A DNA stretch of 64,000 nt, from contig CAZZHP010000001.1 in NCBI GenBank assembly GCA_964653925.1, positions 16,992-80,991 of the forward strand, in the 5' to 3' direction. The stretch is from an uncultured Eubacteriales bacterium. GTDB taxonomy: Bacteria; Bacillota; Clostridia; Oscillospirales; Acutalibacteraceae. This document shows, piece after piece, positions 8,487 to 18,812 of the stretch (the first letter of the stretch is position 1; each line of letters begins with the position of its first letter). A program made the translations under genes and the position numbers. The notes under the pieces were generated by a model that did not search any database, was not told the origin of the DNA, and worked only from the letters and a program-made list of their open reading frames with translations.

Positions 8487-10460
8487 ATAGATAAATTTGA
8501 ACTCGTATCACAATACAAGCCAACCGGCGACCAGCCACAGGCTATTGATAAACTTGTAGATAGTATAAACAGTGGCAACAAGGAACAGGTATTGCTCGGT
8601 GTTACTGGCTCGGGCAAGACTTTTACTATGGCTAATATTATTGCGAGGTTAAACAGGCCAACGCTTGTACTTGCACATAATAAGACCCTTGCGGCACAAT
8701 TATGCTCGGAGTTCAAAGAATTTTTTCCTAATAATGCAGTCGAATATTTTGTTAGTTATTATGATTATTATCAACCAGAGGCATATATACCAAATACAGA
8801 CACTTATATAGAAAAGGATAGTTCTATCAATGATGAGATAGATAAACTACGCCATAGTGCTACATTGGCTCTTTCGGAACGCCGAGATGTAATCATAGTT
8901 GCATCTGTGTCGTGCATATATAGTTTGGGCAACCCTATTGATTATCGTAATATGGTTATTTCCCTTAGACCTGGTATGCAAAAGAGCAGGGAAGAATTAT
9001 TATCCAAATTGGTAGAGTTGCAATACGAGAGAAACGATGTTAACTTAACCCGTAATAAATTTAGGGTTCGTGGTGATGTTGTCGAGATATTCCCTGTATC
9101 ATCTACCGAAAATATTATAAGGGTTGAGTTTTTCGGTGATGAAATTGATAAAATTAGTGAAATCAATTCCCTAACAGGTGAACTTAAATCAACACTTAAA
9201 CACAGTGCAATATATCCTGCCTCTCACTATGTTGTTTCAAAAGATAAGCTCGAAGTTGCTATCTCGGAGTTAGAGCGGGAACTTGAACAAAGGCTTGAAT
9301 ATTTTAGGGATAAAGGCAAATTATTGGAGGCTCAACGCATTGAGCAACGCACCCGTTACGATATAGAAATGTTGCGTGAGGTTGGTTTTTGTACCGGTAT
9401 CGAAAATTATTCAAGGGTACTTTCAGGCAGACAAAAAGGCTCTCAACCATATACATTACTTAACTATTTCCCAGATGATTTTTTATTATTTGTTGATGAA
9501 TCTCATGTTACCTTACCACAGGTTAGGGCTATGCACGCAGGTGATTTTGCACGCAAAAAATGTTTGGTAGATTATGGATTTAGACTTCCGTCGGCATTTG
9601 ATAACAGACCCCTTAATTTTGATGAGTTTTATGCTAAAATAAATCAGGCTGTCTTTGTAAGTGCTACACCAGCCGATTTTGAGTTAGAAAAATCAGCAGT
9701 AATTGCTGAGCAAATTATCAGACCAACAGGTTTGTTAGACCCTGAGGTATCTGTGAGACCAACCGATGGACAATTAGATGATTTAATATCAGAAATAAAC
9801 ATTAGAATAGACCGTAAACAGAGAGTACTTGTAACTACACTCACCAAGAAAATGGCGGAAGATTTAAGCACATATTTTGATACTATGGGTATTAAATCTA
9901 AATATATGCACCACGATATTGACACAGTTGAGCGTATGGAGATAGTCCGAGATTTGCGAATGGGTGAGTTCGATGTGCTTATAGGTATTAACTTACTTCG
10001 TGAGGGTTTGGATATTCCGGAGGTGTCTTTAATAGCAATTCTTGACGCTGATAAACAGGGCTTTTTGCGTAGCGAACGCTCACTTATTCAAATTATAGGC
10101 AGGGCTGCCCGTAATAGTGAGGGTACAGTAATAATGTATGCAGATAGCGTTACCGATGCTATGAAAAAAGCAATAACAGAGACAAACCGCCGTAGAGAAA
10201 TACAAAACGAGTATAATCAAATAAATGGCATCACCCCAAAAACAATTGTAAAAAAAGTAAATGATATTTTAGAAATATCTACACATACAGATGACAAAGA
10301 TATAGAGAAGAAAAATATCAAGAAAATGAGTAGGGCAGAGCGATTACAGCTTATCGAACAATTAACCAAAGAGATGAAAGCCGCCGCCAGAATACTCGAA
10401 TTTGAACACGCTGCATTTTTGCGTGATAAGATTGAAAAAATAAAAAGTACTATCAAATGA
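8487..10460 (+). CDS. uvrB: excinuclease ABC subunit B
   Basis: [15 protein letters not shown] Walker A, helicase motifs and a C-terminal UVR motif ([21 protein letters not shown]). The conserved N-terminus [19 protein letters not shown] is in frame upstream of the ORF-track start. The start is set at ATA 8487, 8 nt after GGAGGG, and is uncertain. Confidence 0.9.
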   Translation: MDKFELVSQYKPTGDQPQAIDKLVDSINSGNKEQVLLGVTGSGKTFTMANIIARLNRPTLVLAHNKTLAAQLCSEFKEFFPNNAVEYFVSYYDYYQPEAYIPNTDTYIEKDSSINDEIDKLRHSATLALSERRDVIIVASVSCIYSLGNPIDYRNMVISLRPGMQKSREELLSKLVELQYERNDVNLTRNKFRVRGDVVEIFPVSSTENIIRVEFFGDEIDKISEINSLTGELKSTLKHSAIYPASHYVVSKDKLEVAISELERELEQRLEYFRDKGKLLEAQRIEQRTRYDIEMLREVGFCTGIENYSRVLSGRQKGSQPYTLLNYFPDDFLLFVDESHVTLPQVRAMHAGDFARKKCLVDYGFRLPSAFDNRPLNFDEFYAKINQAVFVSATPADFELEKSAVIAEQIIRPTGLLDPEVSVRPTDGQLDDLISEINIRIDRKQRVLVTTLTKKMAEDLSTYFDTMGIKSKYMHHDIDTVERMEIVRDLRMGEFDVLIGINLLREGLDIPEVSLIAILDADKQGFLRSERSLIQIIGRAARNSEGTVIMYADSVTDAMKKAITETNRRREIQNEYNQINGITPKTIVKKVNDILEISTHTDDKDIEKKNIKKMSRAERLQLIEQLTKEMKAAARILEFEHAAFLRDKIEKIKSTIK

Positions 10461-10481
10461 TTGTACGGAAGGATATATAAT

Positions 10482-12470
10482 ATGGCAACTAAAAAGTCTA
10501 ATAAGGAATATGGCAACGATAGCATTAAATCACTCAAAGGTGCAGAGCGTGTTAGGTTTAGACCGGAAGTTATATTTGGCTCTGATGGAATAGAAGGTTG
10601 CCAACATTCAGTATTTGAAATTTTATCTAATTCTATTGATGAGGCAAGAGAAGGCTATGGTAAGAAGATTATAGTAACTAAATTTGCCGATGGGTCTTTT
10701 GAGATAGAGGACTTTGGTCGAGGTATACCGGTAGACTTCAACACAGCCGAGCAGAGATATAACTGGGAACTTGTATTTTGCGAAATGTACGCAGGCGGTA
10801 AATACAACAATAACGATGGTGAGAGTTACGAATATTCACTCGGACTTAATGGTTTGGGACTCTGTTCCACACAATATGCTTCTGAATATATGGATGTAAC
10901 AGTACATCGTGATAATACCGAATATAAGTTGCATTTTGAGAGAGGCGAAAATGTCGGAGGTCTAACCAAATGTGAATATAACAAAAAGCAGACCGGCTCT
11001 ATTATACATTGGAAGCCAGATTTAGAGGTGTTTACTGATATAGATGTTACTGCCGAATATTTTATAAATACAATCAAACGCCAAGCAATAGTAAACGGCG
11101 GTGTTGAGTTTATATTCAGAAATCAAGTTGGCAAGACATTTGAGGAAAAAGTTTTTCTATATCAAGACGGCATAACTAAATATGTAACAGAAGTAATCGG
11201 GAATGATGGCATATCGACCGTGCAAACTTGGCATACCGAAAAAAAGGCAAGGGACCGTGATGATAAACCTGAGTATAAATGCAAAATAAATGTTGCCGTT
11301 GCCTTTTCTAACAAAGTTCACCTTACAGAATATTATCATAATTCAAGTTGGCTTGAAAATGGTGGTTCACCTGATAGGGCTGTTCGTAATGCCTTTGTTT
11401 ATCAGATTGATTCTTATTTAAAACAAAATTCTAAATATACCAAAAATGAATCAAAAATTACTTATGCCGATGTTGAGGACTGCCTTGTAGTAGTAATATC
11501 TTCGTTTTCAAGTGTAGCGTCTTACGCTAACCAAACAAAAAAGGCTATTACAAATAAAGGTATACAAGATGTTATGACAGATTTTCTGCGACACCAACTT
11601 GAGATTTATTTTATTGAAAATCCTATCGAAGCAGATAAAATTTGTATGCAGGTACTTATAAACAAGCGTAGCCGTGAAAATGCCGAGAAAGCCCGTTTAA
11701 ATATCAAAAAAACTTTAACAAGTAATCTCGATATGGCTAATAGAGTTGCCAAATTTGTTGATTGCCGTAGCAAAAATGTTATGGAGCGTGAGCTGTTTAT
11801 AGTAGAGGGTGATTCTGCTCTCGGTGCTTGTAAACAAGCTCGTAATCCTGATTTTCAGGCTATTATTCCAATCCGTGGTAAAATTTTAAATTGTCTTAAA
11901 GCAGACTACGATAAAATTTTTAAAAGCGAGATTATTACAGATTTAATCAAAGTTTTAGGTTGCGGTGTAGAGGTTAAATCTAAGGCAAACAAAAACTTGT
12001 CAAATTTTGATTTGTCAAATTTAAGATGGAGTAAAATCATATTTTGTACTGATGCCGATGTTGACGGCTTCCAAATTAGAACTCTTTTACTTACAATGAT
12101 ATACAGGTTAACACCTACTCTTATTGAGGAGGGGAAAGTATTTATTGCAGAATCTCCTCTATATGAGATTAATACTAAAAACAACGTCTATTTTGCATAT
12201 ACGGAGGCAGAAAAACAAAAATTCCTTAACGAAATAGGCAGCGAAAGATTTACAATTCAACGCAGTAAGGGTCTTGGTGAAAACGAACCTGATATGATGA
12301 ATCTTACTACTATGAACCCTGCTACACGCAGACTTATTAAGGTTGTGCCTGATATTGCCGAAAGAACATCTCAAATGTTTGATATTCTGCTTGGCGACAA
12401 TTTGCAGGGTAGAAAGGACTATATAGTCGAAAACGGTGCTAACTATATTGATAATCTTGATGTAAGTTAA
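10482..12470 (+). CDS. parE: type IIA DNA topoisomerase subunit B (ParE-like)
   Basis: GHKL ATPase and Toprim motifs: HSVFEILSNSIDEA, GLNGLGL, ELFIVEGDSALG, IFCTDADVDGFQI. ATG 10482 is 8 nt after GGAAGGA. Confidence 0.75.
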   Translation: MATKKSNKEYGNDSIKSLKGAERVRFRPEVIFGSDGIEGCQHSVFEILSNSIDEAREGYGKKIIVTKFADGSFEIEDFGRGIPVDFNTAEQRYNWELVFCEMYAGGKYNNNDGESYEYSLGLNGLGLCSTQYASEYMDVTVHRDNTEYKLHFERGENVGGLTKCEYNKKQTGSIIHWKPDLEVFTDIDVTAEYFINTIKRQAIVNGGVEFIFRNQVGKTFEEKVFLYQDGITKYVTEVIGNDGISTVQTWHTEKKARDRDDKPEYKCKINVAVAFSNKVHLTEYYHNSSWLENGGSPDRAVRNAFVYQIDSYLKQNSKYTKNESKITYADVEDCLVVVISSFSSVASYANQTKKAITNKGIQDVMTDFLRHQLEIYFIENPIEADKICMQVLINKRSRENAEKARLNIKKTLTSNLDMANRVAKFVDCRSKNVMERELFIVEGDSALGACKQARNPDFQAIIPIRGKILNCLKADYDKIFKSEIITDLIKVLGCGVEVKSKANKNLSNFDLSNLRWSKIIFCTDADVDGFQIRTLLLTMIYRLTPTLIEEGKVFIAESPLYEINTKNNVYFAYTEAEKQKFLNEIGSERFTIQRSKGLGENEPDMMNLTTMNPATRRLIKVVPDIAERTSQMFDILLGDNLQGRKDYIVENGANYIDNLDVS

Positions 12471-12502
12471 TATCAAATTTAAAAAAAGAAAGGTATTTAA
12501 TT

Positions 12503-14749
12503 ATGCCACCAAAAAATAGAAAACAGATTAAACCGACTAATAATAAAATAAAGGGCGTAATATTGGGTGCCGGTGATATAGTAGATAAAAAGATTGCCGA
12601 TACACTCGAAGAAAATTATATGCCTTATGCGATGAGTGTTATTCTGAGCCGTGCTATTCCGGAGATTGACGGATTTAAGCCATCACATCGAAAATTGCTA
12701 TATACAATGTACAAGATGGGACTATTAAATTCTAATAGGACAAAATCAGCAAATATAGTTGGTTCAACAATGAAGTTAAACCCACACGGCGATACAGCTA
12801 TATACGATACTATGGTTAGATTATCCCGTGGTTACGAGGCACTTTTACATCCTTATGTAGATTCAAAGGGTAACTTTGGTAAATTTTACAGTAGAGATAT
12901 GGCTTGGGCTGCATCAAGATATACCGAGGCGAAACTTGATACCCTATGTAACGAACTTTTTAAGGATATCGACAAAGATACAGTTGATTTTGTAGATAAC
13001 TATGATAACACCTTAAAAGAGCCAACCTTGTTGCCGGCATCATTTCCATCAGTTTTGGTAAATGCTAATACGGGTATCGCAGTTGGTATGGCATCAAATA
13101 TTTGCTCGTTTAACCTCAGAGAAATTTGCGAAACAACAATAGGGTTAATTCGTGATAGTGAACATGATATTTTTTCCACTTTACCAGCCCCTGACTTTTC
13201 AGGTGGTGCTCAAATTATATACAACCAAAAGGCATTAGAGGATATATATAATACAGGTCGTGGAAGTATCAAAACCCGTGCAAAATATACTTATGATAAA
13301 TCTGCGAATTGTATTGACATTTCCGCTATACCGCAAACAACTACAAGCGAGGCTATAATAGAAAAAATTATTGAACTCACTAAAAATGGTAAAATCAAAC
13401 AAATATCTGATATTCGTGATGAAACAGGTATAGACGGCCTGAAAATCACAATAGATTTAAAGCGTGGTGTTGACCCTGATAAGTTTATGCAACAACTCTA
13501 CAAGATAACTCCGCTCGAGGATAGTTTCCCATGTAATTTTAATGTGCTTATTGGCGGTACTCCAAGGGTAATGGGTATAAAGGAATTACTCAATGAGTGG
13601 ATAGCATTTAGAGTCGAATGTGTAAAACGACGCACTTATTTTGACTTAAATAAAAAGAAAGACAAAATGCACCTTTTGCAAGGACTTGACAAAATTTTAC
13701 TTGATATAGATAAGGCAATAAAAATTGTCCGTGAAACAGAAGAAGAAGCCGAAGTAGTGCCTAACCTTATGATAGGCTTTGGTATAGATAATGTTCAGGC
13801 TGAATATGTAGCCGAAATAAAACTCAGACACTTAAACAGGGAATATATCCTCAAAAGGACTTCTGAACTTGAACAGCTCGCAAAAGAGATAACCGAATTA
13901 GAATCTATTGTTTCAAGCAATTCTAAAATTAAATCTATAATTGTTAAAGAACTTAAAGATATTGCCGAAAAATATGGTCAGCCCCGTAAGAGTTTAATTT
14001 TGTACATTGACGACTTGGACGAGGATATTATAGAGGAAGATATACCTGATTATCAAGTTAATCTATTCTTAACAAACGAGGGATATTTCAAGAAAATTAC
14101 ACCGCTTTCGCTTAGAATGAGTAATACTCATAAACTAAAAGATGGCGATGAAATCTCCCAAACAATAGAAACAACTAATAATTCTCATATAATTTTCTTT
14201 ACTGACAAGTGTCAGGCATATAAAGCAAAGGTAAATGACTTTGCAGATACCAAAGCAAGCGTGCTGGGTGATTATATTCCTGCCAAGTTAAATATGGACG
14301 AGGGCGAAAATGTAACCTACATGGTAGTTACAAATGACTATAAAGGTATGCTTTTGTTTGCCTTTGATAATGGTAAAATCGCCAAAGTGCCTCTCAATAG
14401 TTTCCAAACCAAGACAAACCGTAAGAAACTTACAGGTGCTTACAGTGATAAGGCAAAACTTGCAAGTATAGAATTTATATTGCAGGATAGCGAGGTTTTG
14501 GTAACTGCTTCAAGTGGCAGAGTGTTGCTTGTAAATTCCGCCGAGATAGCACTAAAAACTACCCGTAGTACACAAGGTGTAGCAGTACTTAAACTTAAAA
14601 AAGGGCAAAGGCTTATGAATGTTTCTAAGTATACAGATAATAAGTTTACTAACCCGTCAAGGTTTAGGACAAAGAATATCCCTGCACTTGGTTTAGTGCC
14701 AAATGACAAAGATATTCCAGATGAACAAATAAAAATTACGCTTGAATAA
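12503..14749 (+). CDS. parC: type IIA DNA topoisomerase subunit A (ParC-like, no GyrA box seen)
   Basis: YMPYAMSVILSRAIPEIDGFKPSHRKLLY, NPHGDTAIYDTMVRLS and the active-site region AASRYTEAKL. The C-terminal domain is short and I see no QRRGGKG-type GyrA box. Confidence 0.75.
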   Translation: MPPKNRKQIKPTNNKIKGVILGAGDIVDKKIADTLEENYMPYAMSVILSRAIPEIDGFKPSHRKLLYTMYKMGLLNSNRTKSANIVGSTMKLNPHGDTAIYDTMVRLSRGYEALLHPYVDSKGNFGKFYSRDMAWAASRYTEAKLDTLCNELFKDIDKDTVDFVDNYDNTLKEPTLLPASFPSVLVNANTGIAVGMASNICSFNLREICETTIGLIRDSEHDIFSTLPAPDFSGGAQIIYNQKALEDIYNTGRGSIKTRAKYTYDKSANCIDISAIPQTTTSEAIIEKIIELTKNGKIKQISDIRDETGIDGLKITIDLKRGVDPDKFMQQLYKITPLEDSFPCNFNVLIGGTPRVMGIKELLNEWIAFRVECVKRRTYFDLNKKKDKMHLLQGLDKILLDIDKAIKIVRETEEEAEVVPNLMIGFGIDNVQAEYVAEIKLRHLNREYILKRTSELEQLAKEITELESIVSSNSKIKSIIVKELKDIAEKYGQPRKSLILYIDDLDEDIIEEDIPDYQVNLFLTNEGYFKKITPLSLRMSNTHKLKDGDEISQTIETTNNSHIIFFTDKCQAYKAKVNDFADTKASVLGDYIPAKLNMDEGENVTYMVVTNDYKGMLLFAFDNGKIAKVPLNSFQTKTNRKKLTGAYSDKAKLASIEFILQDSEVLVTASSGRVLLVNSAEIALKTTRSTQGVAVLKLKKGQRLMNVSKYTDNKFTNPSRFRTKNIPALGLVPNDKDIPDEQIKITLE

Positions 14750-14774
14750 TAAAAACTATTCTAAATTAAAATTA

Positions 14775-14824
14775 ACCTCCATATATCTATAATACAGCTT
14801 GTATATTTTTAGGTATATGGAGGT
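14775..14824 (+). promoter_or_regulatory. long hairpin whose 3' arm contains the SD of the downstream gene
   Basis: ACCTCCATATATC (14775-14787) pairs with GGTATATGGAGGT (14812-14824) over 13 bp with one G-U. GGAGG at 14819-14823 is the SD for ATG 14831. Confidence 0.35.
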
Positions 14825-14830
14825 CGTTTA

Positions 14831-15472
14831 ATGAAAGGAATAGTTTGGTGCATAAACAAAAATTTTATACCGCAGAATACAAATTTAGATTTTAAATATT
14901 ATATCAAAAGATATGGAGTTAATTTATTGCTTTTAATTTATTATTTTATTTCGTTAATCTTTGGTATAGTTTTTGCTAAAAATGATTTGTTCTCAAACAT
15001 ACTAACATCTTTTTTTGGCTTAGATTTATTTACTAATTCGAAGTGTAATTTTATTGATATATTTTCTGTGTATATAAGTTCCGATTTTGTTTTGTTGCTT
15101 GTAATGTTTATACTTGGTATGTGTGCGGTGGGGGGAATATTTGTACCGTTTGTATTTCCAATTAAAGCATTTGGCACAGGGGCAATAATATATAATCTAT
15201 ACTCACTGTTTCACCTAAAAGGTGTATTGTTTTATATGCTCACGATGTTTATAGGTGATGTTATCTTCTTGGTTGCACTTATAGGGTTATTTAAAACAGC
15301 CCTTTGTACATCGGTTAAATTAGGAAAATTTATGTTCTTTAACTGCAACTTGAATGTCCAAGAAGAATGCAAAAATCTAACCACATATAGTTGTTATATT
15401 ATAGTGTTAACACTGATATCTGCCCTGATAAATACGGTCCTGCATTTTATTTTTTCCGGACTGAATACATGA
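14831..15472 (+). CDS. SpoIIM-like (DUF95-type) integral membrane protein
   Basis: 213 aa with about 5 TM helices. Size and hydrophobic layout resemble stage II sporulation protein M. The assignment is from overall pattern only. Confidence 0.45.
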   Translation: MKGIVWCINKNFIPQNTNLDFKYYIKRYGVNLLLLIYYFISLIFGIVFAKNDLFSNILTSFFGLDLFTNSKCNFIDIFSVYISSDFVLLLVMFILGMCAVGGIFVPFVFPIKAFGTGAIIYNLYSLFHLKGVLFYMLTMFIGDVIFLVALIGLFKTALCTSVKLGKFMFFNCNLNVQEECKNLTTYSCYIIVLTLISALINTVLHFIFSGLNT

Positions 15473-15509
15473 AATTTTAATGAAATTTTATAAAAATTTC
15501 TTTTTTATC

Positions 15510-15538
15510 TTGTTTTCTTTTATAAAAAATTGTATAAT
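15510..15538 (+). promoter_or_regulatory. candidate sigma-A promoter (TTGTTT-17-TATAAT)
   Basis: -35 at 15510-15515, 17-nt spacer, -10 at 15533-15538, about 35 nt upstream of the lipoprotein start codon. Confidence 0.35.
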
Positions 15539-15572
15539 AAATATTAGATATAATATTTATGGGGGAATAACA

Positions 15573-17186
15573 TTGAAAAGGAAATTTCTATTAATTTTAT
15601 TTTTTAGTCTTATTGTTTGCTTGATTACCGCTTGTTCCAACTCAGATAAAAAAACAATAGATGTTTTAAATAATACTGATACTGTTACAGAGTCAACTAC
15701 AAACGGCACCTCTGATACATCTGCAACGACAGATACTACCGAAGTAACAACAGAAGGAACTACATCTGTATCAGAAACAGAACCCACAACTAATAATACA
15801 ACAGAACCAAAAACATCAGAATCAACAAAGTTTACAAATAATCTGACCATAACCAAAGCAGGTACATACACATACACAGGTGTTAAAAATAGCCCTATAA
15901 CAGTTAAGGCCGGTGACGAAGATGATGTTACTATCGTACTTAGTAACTTAACTATCAATAACAAGCAAGGTCCTGCTATTATAGTTGAGTCAGGTAAGAA
16001 TGTTTATTTGGAATTAGCAGGGAACACAACCAACACATTATCAGATGGAACATCTTATTCAATTACAAATGAGAGTGCCACTGTAGACGGTGCTGTGTTC
16101 AGTGCTTGCGATTTAAAAATAACAGGCACGGGAACACTAATTGTTAATGGCAATTACAAACATGGCATAGTATCAAAAGATGATTTAGAGATCAATTCCG
16201 GCACTGTAAAGGTAACATCTAAGAATGTTGCACTGAACGGTAAAGATTCAGTTGAGATTAACGGGGGTAATATCACCCTTAATGCAGGTACGGACGCTGT
16301 TCGTGCCGATAATATCGTCTCTGCTGCCAAGGGTAATGTTTTCCTTAACGGCGGTACTCTTAACATTGTTGCCAATAACGATGGTATACAGGCAGAGCAA
16401 AAAATTTCAATTTCAAATATTAACCTGAATATTCAAGCAGGTGGTGGTTCGAGTAACCTATCTGCATCTGAAAAAACCTACAAGGCATTAAAATCTACCT
16501 CGGATATAAATATTTCCGGTGGCACAATTACCCTTGATTCACAAGGCGATTGTATATCTTCTGACAGCAATATATATATTACAAATGGTAACCTTACCTT
16601 GTATTCAGGTGATGATGCAATATCTGCCAATGGTAATTTCTCAATCTCAAAAGGAAATATTAAATTAACAACAAACGATGCTGGCATAACAACCGATAAT
16701 GACTTAAATATATCCGGCGGTTATATCTATATAAATTCAAACGGAAAAGGACTTAATTCTAAGGCCAATTTGAATATTTCTGGTGGCACAACACTTATAA
16801 ATGGCTCCTCCAGTGTAACTGGCAACTCTGCAATTAGTTTTAAATCATCAGGAAATATAACGGGTGGAGTGTTGGTTGCTCTATCTAATTGTAAAGACAA
16901 AGCACAAAGCCTAACATCTGCCAATCAAGGTATAATTCTCGCTAAATTTGCACAGCAAAAATCAAATGATTTGTTAGCTGTTTGCGACTCAAATGGTAAA
17001 GTTATAGCTTCGATTAAACCTAACAAAAATTATCAGGTTGCTATTGTTTCAACACCAAGTGTTATAGTTGGCAACGATTACTCTATTGTAACAGGTCCAT
17101 CTGTCTCATCAACAGATACCTATGGTCATGCAAGTAATACAACAAAGACAGGCGGTAATGAATTAACTTCAACATCTGCTAAGTAA
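15573..17186 (+). CDS. lipoprotein, Cthe_2159-type carbohydrate-binding beta-helix family
   Basis: TTG 15573 follows GGGGGAA. Lipobox LITAC. Thr/Ser-rich linker. ITKAGTYTYTG...AGDEDDVTIVLSNLTINNKQGPAI and NYKHGIVSKDDLEINSGTV match my memory of this family. Repetitive I/L-x-G-G beta-helix turns. Confidence 0.75.
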   Translation: MKRKFLLILFFSLIVCLITACSNSDKKTIDVLNNTDTVTESTTNGTSDTSATTDTTEVTTEGTTSVSETEPTTNNTTEPKTSESTKFTNNLTITKAGTYTYTGVKNSPITVKAGDEDDVTIVLSNLTINNKQGPAIIVESGKNVYLELAGNTTNTLSDGTSYSITNESATVDGAVFSACDLKITGTGTLIVNGNYKHGIVSKDDLEINSGTVKVTSKNVALNGKDSVEINGGNITLNAGTDAVRADNIVSAAKGNVFLNGGTLNIVANNDGIQAEQKISISNINLNIQAGGGSSNLSASEKTYKALKSTSDINISGGTITLDSQGDCISSDSNIYITNGNLTLYSGDDAISANGNFSISKGNIKLTTNDAGITTDNDLNISGGYIYINSNGKGLNSKANLNISGGTTLINGSSSVTGNSAISFKSSGNITGGVLVALSNCKDKAQSLTSANQGIILAKFAQQKSNDLLAVCDSNGKVIASIKPNKNYQVAIVSTPSVIVGNDYSIVTGPSVSSTDTYGHASNTTKTGGNELTSTSAK

Positions 17187-17232
17187 AAATATCCCCTCTT
17201 AAAACTCTAACAGAATTTAAGAGGGGATATTT
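17187..17232. terminator. bidirectional intrinsic terminator
   Basis: AAATATCCCCTCTTA (17187-17201) pairs with TAAGAGGGGATATTT (17218-17232), a perfect 15-bp stem flanked by A/T runs, between convergent genes. Confidence 0.7.
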
Positions 17233-17240
17233 TAATGATT

Positions 17241-18215
17241 TTAAAAATTAAAGAACATTGTTATAATAACATAAGCAATTATTGCACAAACTACTAATGC
17301 CTTGTTTACACCACCATGTGCTAAAAACAACTTTTGCTGTTCCTCTTGATCTTGAACTTTTGATTTAATTTCCTTAATTTTACCAATAGTAAATTTATAA
17401 TAAGTTCTATTAGCGATAAAGCCGACAAAGAACATCAAGAAATATTCAATAATTTGTAAAACACTTGGCAAATAACAGATTAATAATTCTTTACTTGATA
17501 GGGTAGGCACAATTTCCTGTAGACTATTTAACAAATCAGAATATGACGATGAATTTTTTGATAAATCTAATAACATAGAATATATCTGTGTGTATTCAGC
17601 GGTGTTAGTAATAGCAATATTTGTAATCAATGTTGCAAACATTATTAATGTTATTATCGCACCCAACTTGTATTGCTTACGATATAATAGGTAAAAACCA
17701 GAAAACAAAAATGCACCAAAGTTAAATCTTGATTTAGAAAAGTTTTTAATATTACTAAAAACCCTCAAATAATATGGCACAGAGGTTTGAACAAATGTTG
17801 CGACCTCGCCGACAGTAACATTGTCTGCAATTTGTTCATTTGGGTTAATAGGTTCAAAATTTATAACTCTTACTTTTGGCTGTTGGGTATTAAAGTCAGA
17901 ATGTATATTATTAAACGGCATATCTTTAAATTCTATATCTTTTAGGTTTACGCCACAATGGTTGCAAAATATACTGTCGTTTTCATTAGGAGTACCACAT
18001 ATAGGGCATTTTTTAGTATTTTCATTATCTTGGTTTAGATTTTGGCAATTATCAAACTCATAACCTTGACCGTGCTTATCACTATAAAAGCACCTATTGT
18101 TAGCTGCGTAACATTCTCTATGGTGAGGTGCACCACATTCAGGGCAAACAACCACATCATCATTATCTCGAAATGGTTTGTTGCATACAGGACAATTATA
18201 TTTTGTATAATTCAT
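17241..18215 (-). CDS. double zinc-ribbon protein with DUF2628-like membrane domain
   Basis: CPVCNKPF...CPECGAPHHRECY and CPICGTPNENDSIFCNHCG. Then FNFGAFLFSGFYLLYRKQYKLG and further TM helices. GGAG SD. Confidence 0.65.
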   Translation of the reverse strand: MNYTKYNCPVCNKPFRDNDDVVVCPECGAPHHRECYAANNRCFYSDKHGQGYEFDNCQNLNQDNENTKKCPICGTPNENDSIFCNHCGVNLKDIEFKDMPFNNIHSDFNTQQPKVRVINFEPINPNEQIADNVTVGEVATFVQTSVPYYLRVFSNIKNFSKSRFNFGAFLFSGFYLLYRKQYKLGAIITLIMFATLITNIAITNTAEYTQIYSMLLDLSKNSSSYSDLLNSLQEIVPTLSSKELLICYLPSVLQIIEYFLMFFVGFIANRTYYKFTIGKIKEIKSKVQDQEEQQKLFLAHGGVNKALVVCAIIAYVIITMFFNF

Positions 18216-18236
18216 TATTATTTCTCCATTTTCATT

Positions 18237-18812
18237 TTATTTTTTTAGAAAAACTTCAATCAAATCGGTAATTAATATTTTTGTACCAATTAAAATCAAG
18301 ACTATTCCACCGAATATTTCTGATTTAGATTGAAATTTATCACCGAACTTATTTCCAAGAAATACACCGAGTGCTGATAGGACACCGGTAATTATGCCTA
18401 TGCTTGTAATAGATAAAACCATATTTGCATCAGATACCGCAAATGTAAAGCCCACTACCAACGCATCAATACTTGTAGCTATTGCAAGTGTTAGCATATC
18501 CTTAGTAGCAAATGATGCAGAATTTGAGTTATCTTTATCATCGCTCTTTGCCTCTCTAATCATATTAATACCTATAATTCCAAGCAAAATAAATGCTATC
18601 CAATGGTCAAATTTAGTTATGTAATCGTAAAATATATTTCCAAAGAAATAACCTATTGTTGGCATTAATGCCTGAAAACCACCAAAGAATAAACCTGTTT
18701 TTATTAAATGATTTGGCTTAACCTTTTTTACGCTCAAACCCTTGCAGATGGACACGGCAAAAGCGTCCATAGATACAGCAAGTGCTATTGATAAAATTTC
18801 AAAAAAATTCAT
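18237..18812 (-). CDS. mntP: manganese efflux pump MntP family
   Basis: MNFFEILSIALAVSMDAFAVSICKG and the second half-repeat LAIATSIDALVVGFTFA, giving the typical duplicated MntP architecture. AAGGAG SD. Confidence 0.85.
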   Translation of the reverse strand: MNFFEILSIALAVSMDAFAVSICKGLSVKKVKPNHLIKTGLFFGGFQALMPTIGYFFGNIFYDYITKFDHWIAFILLGIIGINMIREAKSDDKDNSNSASFATKDMLTLAIATSIDALVVGFTFAVSDANMVLSITSIGIITGVLSALGVFLGNKFGDKFQSKSEIFGGIVLILIGTKILITDLIEVFLKK

